A stretch of DNA of 64,000 bases from Octopus sinensis (GCF_006345805.1 NC_043005.1:13082001-13146000), one strand, 5' to 3'. Shown: positions 1 through 12,361, numbered from the stretch's first letter. Made by a program: numbers and translations. Notes: generated from the letters alone by a model not told the origin.

Positions 1-2
1 AG

Positions 3-702
3 ATGAAGAGAGCTTATGGATTCCAGGATGTGAAACCTTACGTGAAGCAACCACCACCTCCTCCTGCAGGGGTTCCACCCAGGAGTTTACATGACGCACC
101 CCCGACACATCACGCCAGTATGGATTCGCGAAACCACGGTGTTGCCCCACCACCCGGGGCTATGGATAGATACCCACTACATGACAACCGTGTTGTTGCT
201 AATAATCGAATGATGGAATACAAACAGTCACAACAAAGAATCCCAAACCCTGTCCCTCCTGGTGTTGGAATTCATCATCGGAATGACCCGGAGAGCGTAG
301 CAGAGATGCATCGTGGTAATTCAGCTGGGTTAGGGGTCCCCATGAATTCTCGCAACGGGCATATGCCCCCGTCTGGTGTCCCGCCTCATCATATGGGTTT
401 ATCTCACCACACCAATATACAAAATTCGGTGCGAAGTTCAGGTCCAAGCACCGGGCCTAACCAACCGATTGGAATAATGAATGGTAAGCGTGCTGCTGAC
501 CACGAAGATGATGACAATTCTAATCATTCCAGTAGCGATGACATAAAACGTGGGTCACCGGACTCAGACCCTAACAATCGGCCTGCTGCCGTCCGTGAAA
601 CTATCTCGGTTTTGTCTACGTGCGTGCCATTCGAGGTTCGCTTCAAGAAAGATCACAAATTATGTGGACGGGTCTTCAGCTTTGATGCCAGTTACAAACC
701 AG
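3..702 (+). CDS. Coding exon of an unidentified eukaryotic protein (Pro/His/Asn-rich low-complexity segment, then the start of a probable globular domain)
   Basis: Open frame from ATG at 3, markedly more GC-rich than the surrounding DNA and free of repeats. Ends at donor CCAG|GTGAGA (GT at 703-704, phase 1). The ORF-track extension to 767 runs into (TA)n and is intronic. ATG at 3 follows AG, so it may be an internal Met or an acceptor junction. The family is not recognised. Confidence 0.75.
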
Positions 703-1266
703 GTGAGAATCTTTTCAATTTTATATATATGTATGTATATATATATATATATATGTATTTATATTGATATTTATTTGCACAATCGGGTCTGTAATGCTAT
801 AGTAAGGGCGTGGGTTTATTTGATTTTTTTGTTTTTAGAAGTCTCTTTCAGTAGTAATATCATATTGCCTTTATACTACATTGTCTAGTGACCTGGTTTT
901 AATAGCTGTTTTCTAAATAGAGAATGAGGTCTCAGCAGTTGTGTGTGATTCATGTGGCCTCCTTGTTCAGAAAGGAAGTATTTTCTTACGTTACACAATT
1001 AACCATTCTCAAGGATTCGTACCAGCAAAGAGTGTACGTGCGCGCGTTGTGTATATCTACATATATATATATATACATATTCATATAAACATTCTCCTTG
1101 CTGCTCTGACATGGCAAAAACGTTAGAGATGTGTTAGGGAAATTAATATAAATTGTGTGCATATATATGACTGTAAAATATGTAATGCATTATATATATA
1201 TATACATATTTACATACATACACACAGATACATACTTTTAATTCTGTGTGTCTATACTTGTATGTG

Positions 1267-1305
<39 letters not shown>

Positions 1306-1681
1306 CATACATACATACATACACACAGATACATACTTTTAATTCTGTGTGTCTATACTTGTATGTGTTATATATATACTATATATATATATATATATAT
1401 ATAGATGTATATATATATGTATATGGTAATCTTATGTGTATATGAAATACAATACGAATGAGTATGTATAAAAATAACATTTACATGTGTGTGTGTTAAA
1501 ATAAAGCATGTATTTATGTCGTGTGTGTAGAGTTATTTGCGTGATGTGAAATATTTGTGTAATGTAAAGTATGTGTGTAATGCAAGGTAGGTAAGGCAAG
1601 TAATAGATTTATCTAATACAATGTGTGTGTGTGTGTGCAGTGAATCCGTGTAAACCTCCTCTCTCTCTTCTCGATCTCTAT

Positions 1682-1725
<44 letters not shown>

Positions 1726-3303
1726 ACACACACACACACACTATGTATCTTTTGTACACACATGCACAAATACGTATATTTTCGCATTAGTATTATGAAG
1801 TTCCTGTGCATATATTTACACACACACATATGTAGCATGTATGTAGTATGTGTATATATATATATATTATTTATGTATAAGAAAAAATTTTGACATCCCT
1901 TTAAGAGATATTCATATCCTCGATGTAATATATATACATGTATATATATATAACATTATATATAAGGGCTTAGTAAAATAAATTATAATATATTTACACA
2001 TACGCTATATGAAAACTGGTGTGTGTGTAATGTAAAAATGTGCGATATCAGTTCTACACCCTCTACAGTTATGTGTGTATATTATTTTAAAGTGAGTGTA
2101 TCACTCAGGTAGGTGTATAATGTAAAAGTCAATACGGAGTGTGAATAAAATTGAAGTGTTTAGTGCTACGGTGTGTAGCATCGGCTTTTTAACGTAGGAT
2201 TACAGTGGGTGTATATATATATCTTATATACATATAGATATATATATACACATACCAAGATGTTGGTCGTATATAATAGACTGTTGTGTGAATACAGATA
2301 TTGCTATTTTCCTGTCAATGCACACATACGTATGTACCCAATGTCTACGTGTCTATACGATTTTGTATACGTGTTGTAACACATGCCCCTATCACGTATA
2401 ATGTATGTATATTTAGAAAATTATGTATGTATATATATATATATACACGCCTTGTGTATGTATATATGTATGTGCGTATTTGAGTGTATGGATTTTATGA
2501 GAATATCAATATTGTGTAAACGCAATTAGGTTTCATTAAGTATGTAAGGGTTCATTATGCAAGTTTGTGTCTATGAATATATATACATATATCTATCGTG
2601 TGAGTGCGTATTGGCTTTAATTACTGGATTGCGCGGCCATGCTGCAGCACCGCCTTGAAGGGTATTCACTTAACATACCAAACTCTAGTGTATATTTCGA
2701 TCTAATAACGTGATCAAGTATCGAATCACATAAAAGTTGCAATTACAGATAGATACCGTTCTGCAAAAACACACGCATGACATTAATTAATTAATAAAAA
2801 AAGTTAATTAATTAATAATTGCCCAAAGTGCTTCGAAGGGAGATTGAACGCAGAAAGACGTGCTTACTAAGCGCAGTCCTTGAATCCCCGATTATAACAT
2901 TGCTCCTACGAACTTGTATTACGTGTATATAGGCATTATATATATATTATAATGTAGTATATGTATGTATGTTTATTATGTACATAGACACACACACACA
3001 TATATATTATAATGTAGTATATGTATGTTTATTATGTACATAGAAACACACATGTATTTATATATATACACACTGTATGTGTGTATATATATGTGTGTGT
3101 GTATATATATATATATACACACACACTATGTATGTATATGATATATACATATGTGTATAGACATTCACACACGTATAGATATACATATATTTATATGTAT
3201 ATATGTGTATATTTAACACATTCGTATAATGCATACTCACACACGCACAAACATATGTATTGATACATATATATGCACATATATATCGTGCACCCACGCA
3301 CAG

Positions 3304-3349
<46 letters not shown>

Positions 3350-4064
3350 GTATGTGTGTGTATATATACATACACACACATATATATGATGAACACTAAT
3401 TAAAACTGTTCACTTAACCATGATCCTAGATTTGACCACACCATGTTAGAAGTGTCTGTTACTATAATAGCTTTCTGCTGTTTCCTTTCTGTTGCTTAAA
3501 AGAGCCTCCATGGCATTTTTTGTTGTTCAAAGCATCAACCATCTTGCAGTATGGCATGCTGAATTTAACTCTATAATTCTTGAAGTGTACAAATGTCTGC
3601 TGAGAAATACTCAATTATGGCACCAATAATGGTTGACTCCTGTGTATATCTCTCTATCTATATGTAACACTGGTATAGTCATTACTTGTGGGTGAGTATA
3701 CCTCGGTAAAGAGTACTCGTGTCTTCTTAACAAATATGCTCTCATTCAGCCCTGGCACTCCTTGACACAGCAGAACATTGAGGTTATGAGAGATGAAGGG
3801 TTGGCTGTTATACATTTCCAGAATGAGTAATTGGGGCAACTTCAAATGATGTTCCTTTATCGAATATACAACACTCTACACTGTTCAGGAATTGACCTCA
3901 TAAAACCATGATTAGGTGTTCGACATCCTCACTTTATATTGATTAGATATAAATATTTTCATTTATTTCTATCTCTGTTTTTCCATTCAAACATGTGTTA
4001 CAGGAATATATTATTGAGGCATTGTTTTTACAGCTGGATGCTCTTCCTGTCAACAACTTTACTT

Positions 4065-4478
4065 ACTTTACTTTTTACTTGTTTCAGTCATTTGACTGCG
4101 GCCATGCTGGAGCACCGCCTTTAGTCGAGAAAATCGACCCCGGGACTTATTTTTTTGTAAGCCCAGTACTTATTCTATCGGTCTCTTTTGCCGAACAGCT
4201 AAGTGACGGGGACGTAAACACACCAGCATCGGTTGTCAAGCAACGCTAGGGGGACAAACACAGACACACAAACACAGAAGACACACAACCCTACAATACA
4301 TATATACATATATACGACAGGCTTCTTTCAGTTTCCGTCTACCAAATCCACTCACAAGGCTTTGGTCGGCTCGGGGCTATAGCAGAAGACATTTGCCCAA
4401 GATGCCACGCAGTGGGACTGAACCCGGAACCATGTGGTTGGTTAGCAAGCTACTTACCACACAGCCACTCCTGCGCCT
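4065..4478 (-). mobile_element. tRNA-derived SINE family A, full length
   Basis: Minus-strand head AGGCGCAGGAGTGGCTGTGTGGTAAG with B-box GGTTCAGTCCC, central (CA/TA)n, tail ...CAAATGACTGAAACAAGTAAAAAG. About 25 copies occur in the window. Confidence 0.85.
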
Positions 4479-4563
4479 CTTACCTGATTTTTTTCAAGTA
4501 AAGAATCTCTTTCTCTACACATCTCCCAAGGAACACACACACACACACACACACGCATGCATA

Positions 4564-5017
4564 CCGTAAATCCTCGAGTATAATCCGCATGTTTTCCCCA
4601 AAATCTAAAGGTCAAAATCCCTAGTGCATACTATATACGAGGTTAAAAATGAAAAATATTTTCTAAGCAATGTCCGAGTCTCTATTTGCTGTCCGACAAT
4701 GTTTATTCAGACGCATTTTGTGATGTCGGGCGCGAAAATACCTTAAATCATTGCAGTAAGCAACATTTATTAAACGTTATTACTGTTATTTCTTTATTTT
4801 CTGCAAACAAAATGCACAAAAAAGCTACACGTTTGCATTATGTTATATATACAATAATAATAAAGGACGTTACCGTATACATTTTTACAAAGCAAGGACG
4901 TTATATAGATTTCCTTGACTCAAGTTAGAGAAGGGGTGCCTATTATACACAAGGTTTAGGTTTTCAGAGGTAAAGCCCCCTAAAAATCCCCTGCGTATTA
5001 TACTCGAGGATTTACGG
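4564..5017. mobile_element. pogo/Tigger-like (Tc1/mariner) MITE
   Basis: 26-bp TIR CCGTAAATCCTCGAGTATAATCCGCA / TGCGTATTATACTCGAGGATTTACGG (1 mismatch), flanked by TA at 4562-4563 and 5018-5019. No coding capacity. Confidence 0.85.
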
Positions 5018-5080
5018 TATGTGTAGGCCGCAGTCAAAATGACAAACAAATAAATGAATATATATATATGTATGTATGTC

Positions 5081-5500
5081 TTTTAGTTGTTTGTCATTAT
5101 ACTGTGGCCATGCTGCGGCACCGCCTTGAATTTTTTGTTGAATGAATTGAATCCAGTACCTCTTAATTTTTTTAAAACATGATACTTATTCTATCAACCT
5201 CTTTTGCTGAACCGCTAAGTTACAGGAATATAAACACACCAACACTGGTTGTCCAAAGGTGGTGGGGGAGCCAAACACAGAGAGAAAGACACACACATAG
5301 ATATACATTCATACATACATATATACATACATATATATATGTATGAAGGGCTTCTTTTAGTTTCCATCTACCAAATCCACTCACAAGGCTTTGATCAGCC
5401 TGAGGCTATAGTAGAAGATACTTGCCCAAGGTGTCAAACAGTCGAACTGAACCTAGAACCATGTGGTTGGAAGCAAACTTCTTACCACACAGCCACTCCT
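5081..5500 (-). mobile_element. SINE family A, diverged copy
   Basis: Same head, core and tail motifs as 4065..4478, with many substitutions. Confidence 0.75.
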
Positions 5501-5530
5501 GGGTCTATATATATATTTATATATATATAT

Positions 5531-5945
5531 TCTTTTTCCTTTTATTCTTTTACTTGTTTCAGTCATTTGACTGTGGCTATGCTGGAGCACCACCTTTAGT
5601 TGAACAAATTGACAGCGGGGCTTATTCTTTGTAGTACTAATTCTATCAGTTTCTTTTGCTGAATCGCTAAATTACGGGGACGTAAACACACCATCATCGG
5701 TTGTCAAGCGATGGTGGTGGGGACAAACACAGACATACATACAAATATATACATACATACATATATGTATATATATACACGCACACACACACACGACGGG
5801 CTTCTTTCGGTTTCCATCTACCAAATCCACTCACAAGGCCTTGGTCAGCCCAAGGCTATAGTAGAACACTTGCCCAAGGTGCCACGCAACGGGACTGAAC
5901 CCGGAAGCATGTGGTTGAGAAGCCAGCTTCTTACCATACAGCCAT
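5531..5945 (-). mobile_element. SINE family A
   Basis: Matches the family A consensus end to end. Confidence 0.8.
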
Positions 5946-5968
5946 GCTATGCATGTATATATATATAA

Positions 5969-6000
<32 letters not shown>

Positions 6001-6001
6001 T

Positions 6002-6092
6002 ATGGAGATGTACTTGCATAGCAAGTGACCTGTTCTAAGATCGTGTGCTGGAACGAAAACAATTGTAGTGTTTCTTAAATGGCTTATAAACA
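6002..6092. repeat. Internally deleted copy of the unclassified inverted-repeat element at 50048..50290
   Basis: GGAGATGTACTTGCATAGCAAGTGACCTG matches 50051 onward and is joined to TTAAATGGCTTATAAACACC, which matches 50256 onward. Confidence 0.55.
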
Positions 6093-6269
6093 CCGTAAAA
6101 AGCACCCACTACACTCTCGGAGTGGTTGGCGTTAGGAAGGGCATCCAGCTGTAGAAACTCTGCTAGATCAAGACTGGAGCCTGGTGCAGCCATCTGGCTC
6201 ACCAGCCCTCAGTCAAAACCGTCCAACCCATGCTAGCATGGAAAACAGACGTTAAATGATGATGATGAT
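6093..6269 (+). mobile_element. Retroposon family D 3' part, (GAT)n tail
   Basis: GTAAAAAGCACCCACTACACTCTCGGAGTGGTTGGCGTTAGGAAGGGCATCCAGCTG...GACGTTAAATGATGATG. Other copies lie near 8320, 9284, 10075, 10700, 12770, 21770, 22110, 22630, 36260, 44715, 47075, 61285 and 62120. Confidence 0.75.
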
Positions 6270-6650
6270 ATGCATGGTGTATTCTGTTGTAATTGACAGT
6301 TGAGGGTTCTGCAGTTCCTTGCTGCACAGCCACACAGATGATTTACTTACAGTGATCAAATGTTTGTGTTATGCACCATCCAGTCCAGGAGATGAACCCA
6401 CAATTTCCTTATCATGAGTGCATCACCTGAACCACCAAGCCACACATCCTCATATACACATACGCTATATATTTATTACAAATGCATATCTTCTATTTAT
6501 GTTTAATACTGTGTTTTGGCATTCTTACAAGGTTCTGTCTTCATCTTGAAATTATTTCTGCTGAAATGTCTACAGAGATGGTGATAGAAGATGATTCTTT
6601 TGGCCACATAAGTACATATTGACATATAATCATCTATTTAATATGATGAA

Positions 6651-6720
<70 letters not shown>

Positions 6721-6792
6721 TATATATATTATATATATATATTATATATATATATAATATATTTATAGATATATTATATATGTAATATATAT

Positions 6793-7002
6793 CCTTTTTT
6801 AATTTCAATCATTTGACTGTGGCCATGCTGGAGCCACTGCCTTTAGTCAACAAATCGACACAGGACTTACTCTTTGTAAGCCTAGTACTTATTCTATCGG
6901 TGTCTTTTGCTGAACCGCTAAGTTATGGAGATGTAAACACACCCCCATCGGTTGTCAATCGATGGTGTGGGGATAAATACAGACACACAAACATATACAC
7001 AC

Positions 7003-7033
<31 letters not shown>

Positions 7034-7201
7034 CACACACACACACATTTATATAAATGACAGGCTTCTTTCAGTTTCCATCTACTAAATCCACCCACAA
7101 GGCTTTGGTCGCCCCAAAGCTATTGTAGAAGACACTTGCCCAAGGACTGAACCCGGAACCATGTGGTTGGGAAGCAAGCTTCTTACCACACAGCCCCTCC
7201 T
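6793..7201 (-). mobile_element. SINE family A
   Basis: Matches the family A consensus. Confidence 0.8.
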
Positions 7202-7618
7202 AATTTGAATATGTATGTGCACTATATATTTATGTATAGGACATACATATATACTGTTTAATTTTTTAAATTTTAATTCATTTGAAGAAAATGATTTTTT
7301 TATGATGCAATCGGTATATTCATGAATAGAAAACACATGTCTGAAACAGCTGTTGTGAATTTCAACCCATTTGTGTTATTTCTCTCTATATACTGTATAT
7401 GTATATATATCATGCAATTCTTTTTTGGAACAGTGTATCTTGAAGCATGTAAAGCTATTAATAATAATGTGTAAATATTGAGTTCAGAATCATTTGGATA
7501 GTAAAAGACAAAGGGAGTCCAACTGTATTTCCTGTAAACATGACAGGCTGTCTACTATTGGGTGCTTTTATTTATAGCTTCATGTGCTTTGAGACACTGT
7601 CCCAACAAATGGATTATT

Positions 7619-7850
7619 TTAACCATTTAGTGTTCAGATTACTATGTCAAATGTAATGCTTATTTATTCACCGTGTTTTGGATTAATCAGGCATTATCTT
7701 GTAACCATGAGATTTCAATGATGTGGTTGCTTATTTTTAGAATGACATTGTTTGGTAGGTGTGAAAGGCCAGATCTGGTCAGTTTGAACATAAAACAGGT
7801 AAAAAAAAATATGGGTTGGATATGGCTGGTTTAAATGCTAACGGATCAAT
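7619..7850. mobile_element. piggyBac-like TTAA MITE family F (diverged)
   Basis: TTAACCATTTAG...GCTAACGGATCAA. The family consensus from several copies is TTAA-CCCTTTAGC...GCTAAAGGG-TTAA. Other copies lie near 13770, 14435, 19926, 21940, 32380, 46973 and 53880. Confidence 0.6.
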
Positions 7851-9133
7851 ATTCTCTTGAAATTAATAAATTCCTAAAATTCCAATATTATGTATCTCAT
7901 AGTATATGCTCTCTCTGTCTCTCATATATATATATATTTGTGTGTGTATGTATGTACAGTATTCATTTCGGGCATGGCTGTGTGGTTAGGGAGCTTGCTT
8001 CCTAGCTACATGGTTTCGGGTTCAGTCCCACTGCGTGGCACTTTGGGTAGGTGTCTTCCACTATAGCCCCGAGCTGACCGGAGCTTTGCGATTGAATTCG
8101 GTAGGCGGAAGTTACTGCCGTGTGTGTATGTGTGCGTATAGCTGCTCAGTGCCTCTCCGAAAGAGAGAGAGGGATATGTATTGTGTGTGTATGTATATAT
8201 ATATATATATATATATATCGATATATATATATATATTCATTTATATATATGTATTGTGTGTGTATATCTATATAATATTCATATATTTGTATATGTATTG
8301 TGTGTATATATCATCATCATCATCATCGTCGTTTAACGTCCGTTCTCCATGCTAGCATGGGTTGGACGGTTCGACCGGGGTTCTGGGAAGCCAGAAGGCT
8401 GCACCAGGCTCCAGTCTAATTTGGCAATGTTTCTACAGCTGGATGCCCTTCCTAACGCCAACCACTCCGTGAGTGTAGTGGGTGCTTTTTACGTGCCATA
8501 TATATAATTATATATGTATTGTGTGTGTATTTGATATTTACATATTTATATATGTATTGTGTGTGTATATAATATTTATATATTTATATATGTATTGTGT
8601 GTGTGTATATATATTGTATATGAAATATATATTATATAGATGTACTCATGTCTGTTTGCATATTACATAACTAACTTGATGTTGGTCTCACTGGTAAGTA
8701 TTCAGTTTGTTTAAGCAACTGAACAACTTGCTGGTAGATAAGCGGCTGAATGCTCCGCAGACATGTGTACCTTGACATAATTCTCAAATAGAGTCGTCGT
8801 GACATAGCATGCCCTTTGAATTACACATACAAACCACCTAACAAGTTTGGTAAAAAAAAAAAAAAAATTCTATCTGCCCAATTTCACTCATGAATAAGCT
8901 TTTGTTGACTTAAAGGTGTGCTTAAAATGCATTTTCTTGAAGTACCTTGCATGGTAATTGCACTTTAGTCATTGTGATTGATGGTGGAGCAATCTTCTTA
9001 AACCTTGCAAAGGTAGCAAAATATAAATTAAAATAAAGAAAATTCACCTTGTGCCTTCATGCCTCAACGAGCAATTTATATGCTGGGGCTTGACATTAGT
9101 ACCTGGGTTTCCCTAGCGCTCCCCCCCCGCCAG

Positions 9134-9790
9134 TTTTTTAATAATATATGCAAATTCTTAATCACAGGTATGGCTGTGTGATTGTGATTAAGAAGCTCAC
9201 TTTACAACCATGTGGTTTTGGAGTATGGTAGATAGAAACTGTGTGGAAGCCTGTAGTGTGTATGTGTGTATATATATATGTATCATCATCATCATCGTTT
9301 AATGTGCGCTTTCCATGCTAGCATGGGTTGGACAGTTCAACTGGGGTTTGGGAAGCCAGAAGGCTGCACCTGGCCCAGTCTGATCTGGCAGTGTTTCTAC
9401 AGCTGGATGCCCTTCCTAACGCCAACCACTCCGAGAGTGTAGTGGGTGCTTTTTACATACCACCGGCACAGGTGCCAGGCGAGGCTGGCAAACGGCCACG
9501 GACGGATGGTGCTTTTTACGTGCCACGTGTGTGTGTGTGTGTGTGTAGTGTTTTTGTATTTTTTGCCCCCTTGCCTCTTCCTATACTTGAAAACTCGTTG
9601 AATTATGTCCCTGTAACTTAGCTGTTTGACAAAAGAGACTGTTAAAATAAGAGGGAAAATAAATCCTAAAGTTCATTTGTTCAGCTAAAAACCTTCTGGT
9701 AATGGCCTCCACATGGTTGTAAAGTGAACTTCTTAATCACAATCACACAGCCATACCTGTGATTAAGAATTTGCATATATTATTAAAAAA
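9134..9790. repeat. 82-bp inverted duplication (9134..9215 / 9709..9790)
   Basis: The arms are reverse complements with one mismatch. They enclose a degenerate SINE A and a family D copy. Confidence 0.85.
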
Positions 9791-11064
9791 ACACAAAGTC
9801 TATTTACAATATTTATTACTGCTGTCATCTACACCATGACCGCAACTACGAGCAGTTACTGAGCCATACCTATCTTCATAAACAAGTTCATATTCAGTGC
9901 CATCCATCACATTATTCATTCCATGTGGCTATTATTGCAACTCTTGCCTCAGTTTCTCATGCTTCACTCTCAAACTTACAGAGCTGTCCAATAGTAGATC
10001 ATTACAGCCATCCTAAGGAGGAAAGAGTTACTAACTTTCCACCAGTCAACCACTTGTTTCTCTCTTTTTGTTTAAAACACCTGAATGCCAATCACTCCGT
10101 GAGTGTAGTGGGTGCTTTTTACATACCACCGGCACAGGTGCCAGGGGAGGCTGTCAGCGGCCACGATCAGTTGGTGCTTTTTACGTGCCACCGGCACAGG
10201 TATCATCATCATCATCATCATCATCATCGTTTAACGTCTGTTTCCGTGCTAGCACGGGTTCAAGGGTTCAACTGGGGTCTGGGAAGCTAGGAGGCTGCAC
10301 CAGGCTCCAGTCTGATCTGGCAGTGTTTCTACACCTGGATGCCCTTCCTAATGCCAATCACTCCATGGGTGCTTTTTACATACCACCAGCACAGGTGCCA
10401 GGGGAGGCTGGCAGCGGCCACGATCAGTTGGTGCTTTTTACGTGCCACCAGCACAGAATCTAGTCAGGGCAGTGCTGACATCGGCCACGTTCGGATGGTG
10501 CTTTTTACATGCCAAAGTTTTGTATGAAATAAATCTTTGATACGTTGTATTATTGGGTCATCAAAAACTTTTTCCTCATCAAAATGTGCCTTATAAGTCA
10601 GAAAATATAATATATATGTATCGTATGTCTAAGTGTGTGTTTGTATATATGTCTCTCTCTCTCACTTTTTTGTCTTGCAAATACTTAGTGACCCTGTCAG
10701 TGCAGGTGCCACTTAAAAGAACCCAATCCACACTTTAAAGTGGTTGGTTTTTGGAAGGGCCTCTAGCTGTAAAAACGTTGCCAAAACTGACCTCACCTGT
10801 GTTTGTGCCATGCAAAAACCACTAAGTCCACTCTGCTGAGTGGTTGGTGTTAGGAAGGGCATCCAGCTGTAAAAATCCTGCCAAAAGAAGTCACAGACTT
10901 CTGGTGTAAGCTTCTGCCTGGCTGGCTCTTGTGAAACTGTTCCACCCATGCTAGCATGGAAGGTGGATGTTAAACGATGATGATGATGATATATATATAT
11001 TTTTTGGATTTGGTTTGCAAGATTCTTTATAAGGCACAAAAAGAAAATGACTCTCCCTAGACAC

Positions 11065-11115
<51 letters not shown>

Positions 11116-11117
11116 TC

Positions 11118-11167
<50 letters not shown>

Positions 11168-11204
11168 CTATAAATGTAATATGTGACAATTATTCAATAG
11201 CCAT

Positions 11205-11265
11205 GATAAAACTGCGAGTTTCGGATGCCGAGGTGGACATCCTTGCCACCATCTCTTCAGTTATC
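11205..11265 (-). ncRNA. Minimal type I hammerhead ribozyme candidate (left arm of palindrome)
   Basis: GAUAA-CUGAAGA-[GAUG...CAUC]C-GAAA-CU(CGC)AG-UU^-UUAUC: stem I 5 bp, core intact, stem III 3 bp with 3-nt loop, GUU triplet. The stem II junction is irregular. Confidence 0.5.
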
Positions 11266-11301
11266 TGGCCATTGAAAAAAAAAGATTTTTTCCAATGGTC
11301 A

Positions 11302-11362
11302 GATAACTGAAGAGATGGCGGCGTGGATGTCCACCTCGACATCCAAAACTCGGAGTTTTATC
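11302..11362 (+). ncRNA. Hammerhead-like motif, probably inactivated (G12 to A)
   Basis: Mirror copy of 11205..11265, with CAAAA instead of CGAAA at 11344-11348 (CpG-type decay). Confidence 0.4.
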
Positions 11363-11650
11363 ATGGCTACCGAATAATTGTCACTTATTACATTTACAGA
11401 TAAATTCCTCTATTTACATAATATCGAGGTCTCTTTCTTTCTTTTGTTGTCTTACCATTTTTATCAATATATATATATATAAATATAAGTAGGTGAATGA
11501 ATTATCCTGTGTTTAGCATTATTGTCCTACTATCTAACTTTGACGTCAATTCTTCTAATGGGTTTTTTTTAAAAAAGCACTCATTATCGCTTTGTTTACC
11601 ATGTAGGCAATCATCGAAATTTTGTTTGTCCTTGTTGTCGAGAGAGGCTC

Positions 11651-11742
11651 CCTTTCTTTCCTGATGAGAAGATTGCATAATACACCCTTTATTCCTTGGA
11701 ATGAAAACATGCTGTCTTCGAAACATATGTCGAGAGTAAAGG
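11651..11742 (+). ncRNA. Type I hammerhead ribozyme with canonical core
   Basis: Stem I CCUUUCUUUC (11651-60) / GAGAG-U-AAAGG (11732-42); CUGAUGA 11661-67; stem II GAAGA (11668-72) / UCUUC (11715-19), extendable; GAAA 11720-23; palindromic stem III ACAUAUGU; GUC^ at 11729-31. Confidence 0.75.
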
Positions 11743-11999
11743 AATTTTGTTAACATCTTCATTCGACTCCATTCTTCCATTTATTCATACATATATATAT
11801 ATATATATATATATGTTCTTAAGTATGGTTATATATAAAAACTAACATTAAATTGAAGGATCATCATTCAATACCTGTTATTGTCGGTTTTGTTTGTAAT
11901 TCAAAGTTTAGCTATGTAGCCTCCATCTGACTGTACTATGAAACTTACATAGTCAAAACTTTGTATTAACTGTCAATCTTTCTTTCCTAAATATATATA

Positions 12000-12340
12000 T
12001 GGTGACTCCCTTCAGTCATCAATGACCATAGGATTGCACCTAGAAAGTTACCCTCCGAGGCACAAGCCCTGGTAAGGTTTGTTTATAGAAGACCAGCAGT
12101 TGCCCATGCATACCGGCCTCCCCTCTCCATGCCACCAATGTCATCCAAGGGGAAGGCAAAGGGGCCGATACAGCTTGGCACCAGTGATGTAGAAACTCAT
12201 TTCTACAGCTGAGTGAACTGGAACAACTTGAAATAAAGTGTCTTGCTCAAGAACACATCATGCAGCCCGGTCCGGGAATCGAGCTTACAACCTCATGATT
12301 GTAAGCTCGACGCTCTAACCACTGAGCCATGCGCTTTCAC
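12000..12340 (-). mobile_element. tRNA-derived SINE family C
   Basis: Reverse complement of 31237..31575: head ...GCGCATGGCTCAGTGGTTAGAGCG, core TTGAGCAAGACACTTTATTTC. Confidence 0.8.
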
Positions 12341-12361
12341 TAAATATCTATCTATCTATCT

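Larger units (their letters stand above)
11164..11403. mobile_element. ~240-bp palindrome, probably an inverted pair of Penelope-like terminal repeats
   Basis: Arms of ~105-115 bp with ~11-12 mismatches by eye around an A/T spacer. Each arm holds a hammerhead-like motif, and (TA)n flanks the left end. Confidence 0.65.

Noticed and set aside
703-767. C-terminal extension of the 254-aa ORF
   Set aside because: It follows a consensus donor and is translated (TA)n sequence.
3560-3940. Non-repetitive segment with a 63-aa minus-strand ORF
   Set aside because: No recognisable motif or splice context.
3995-4249. Recurrent ORFs such as FQSFDCGHAGAPP, HSQGFGRPEAIVEDTCPRCH and QLDALPNANHS
   Set aside because: These are translations of SINE A and retroposon D, not genes.
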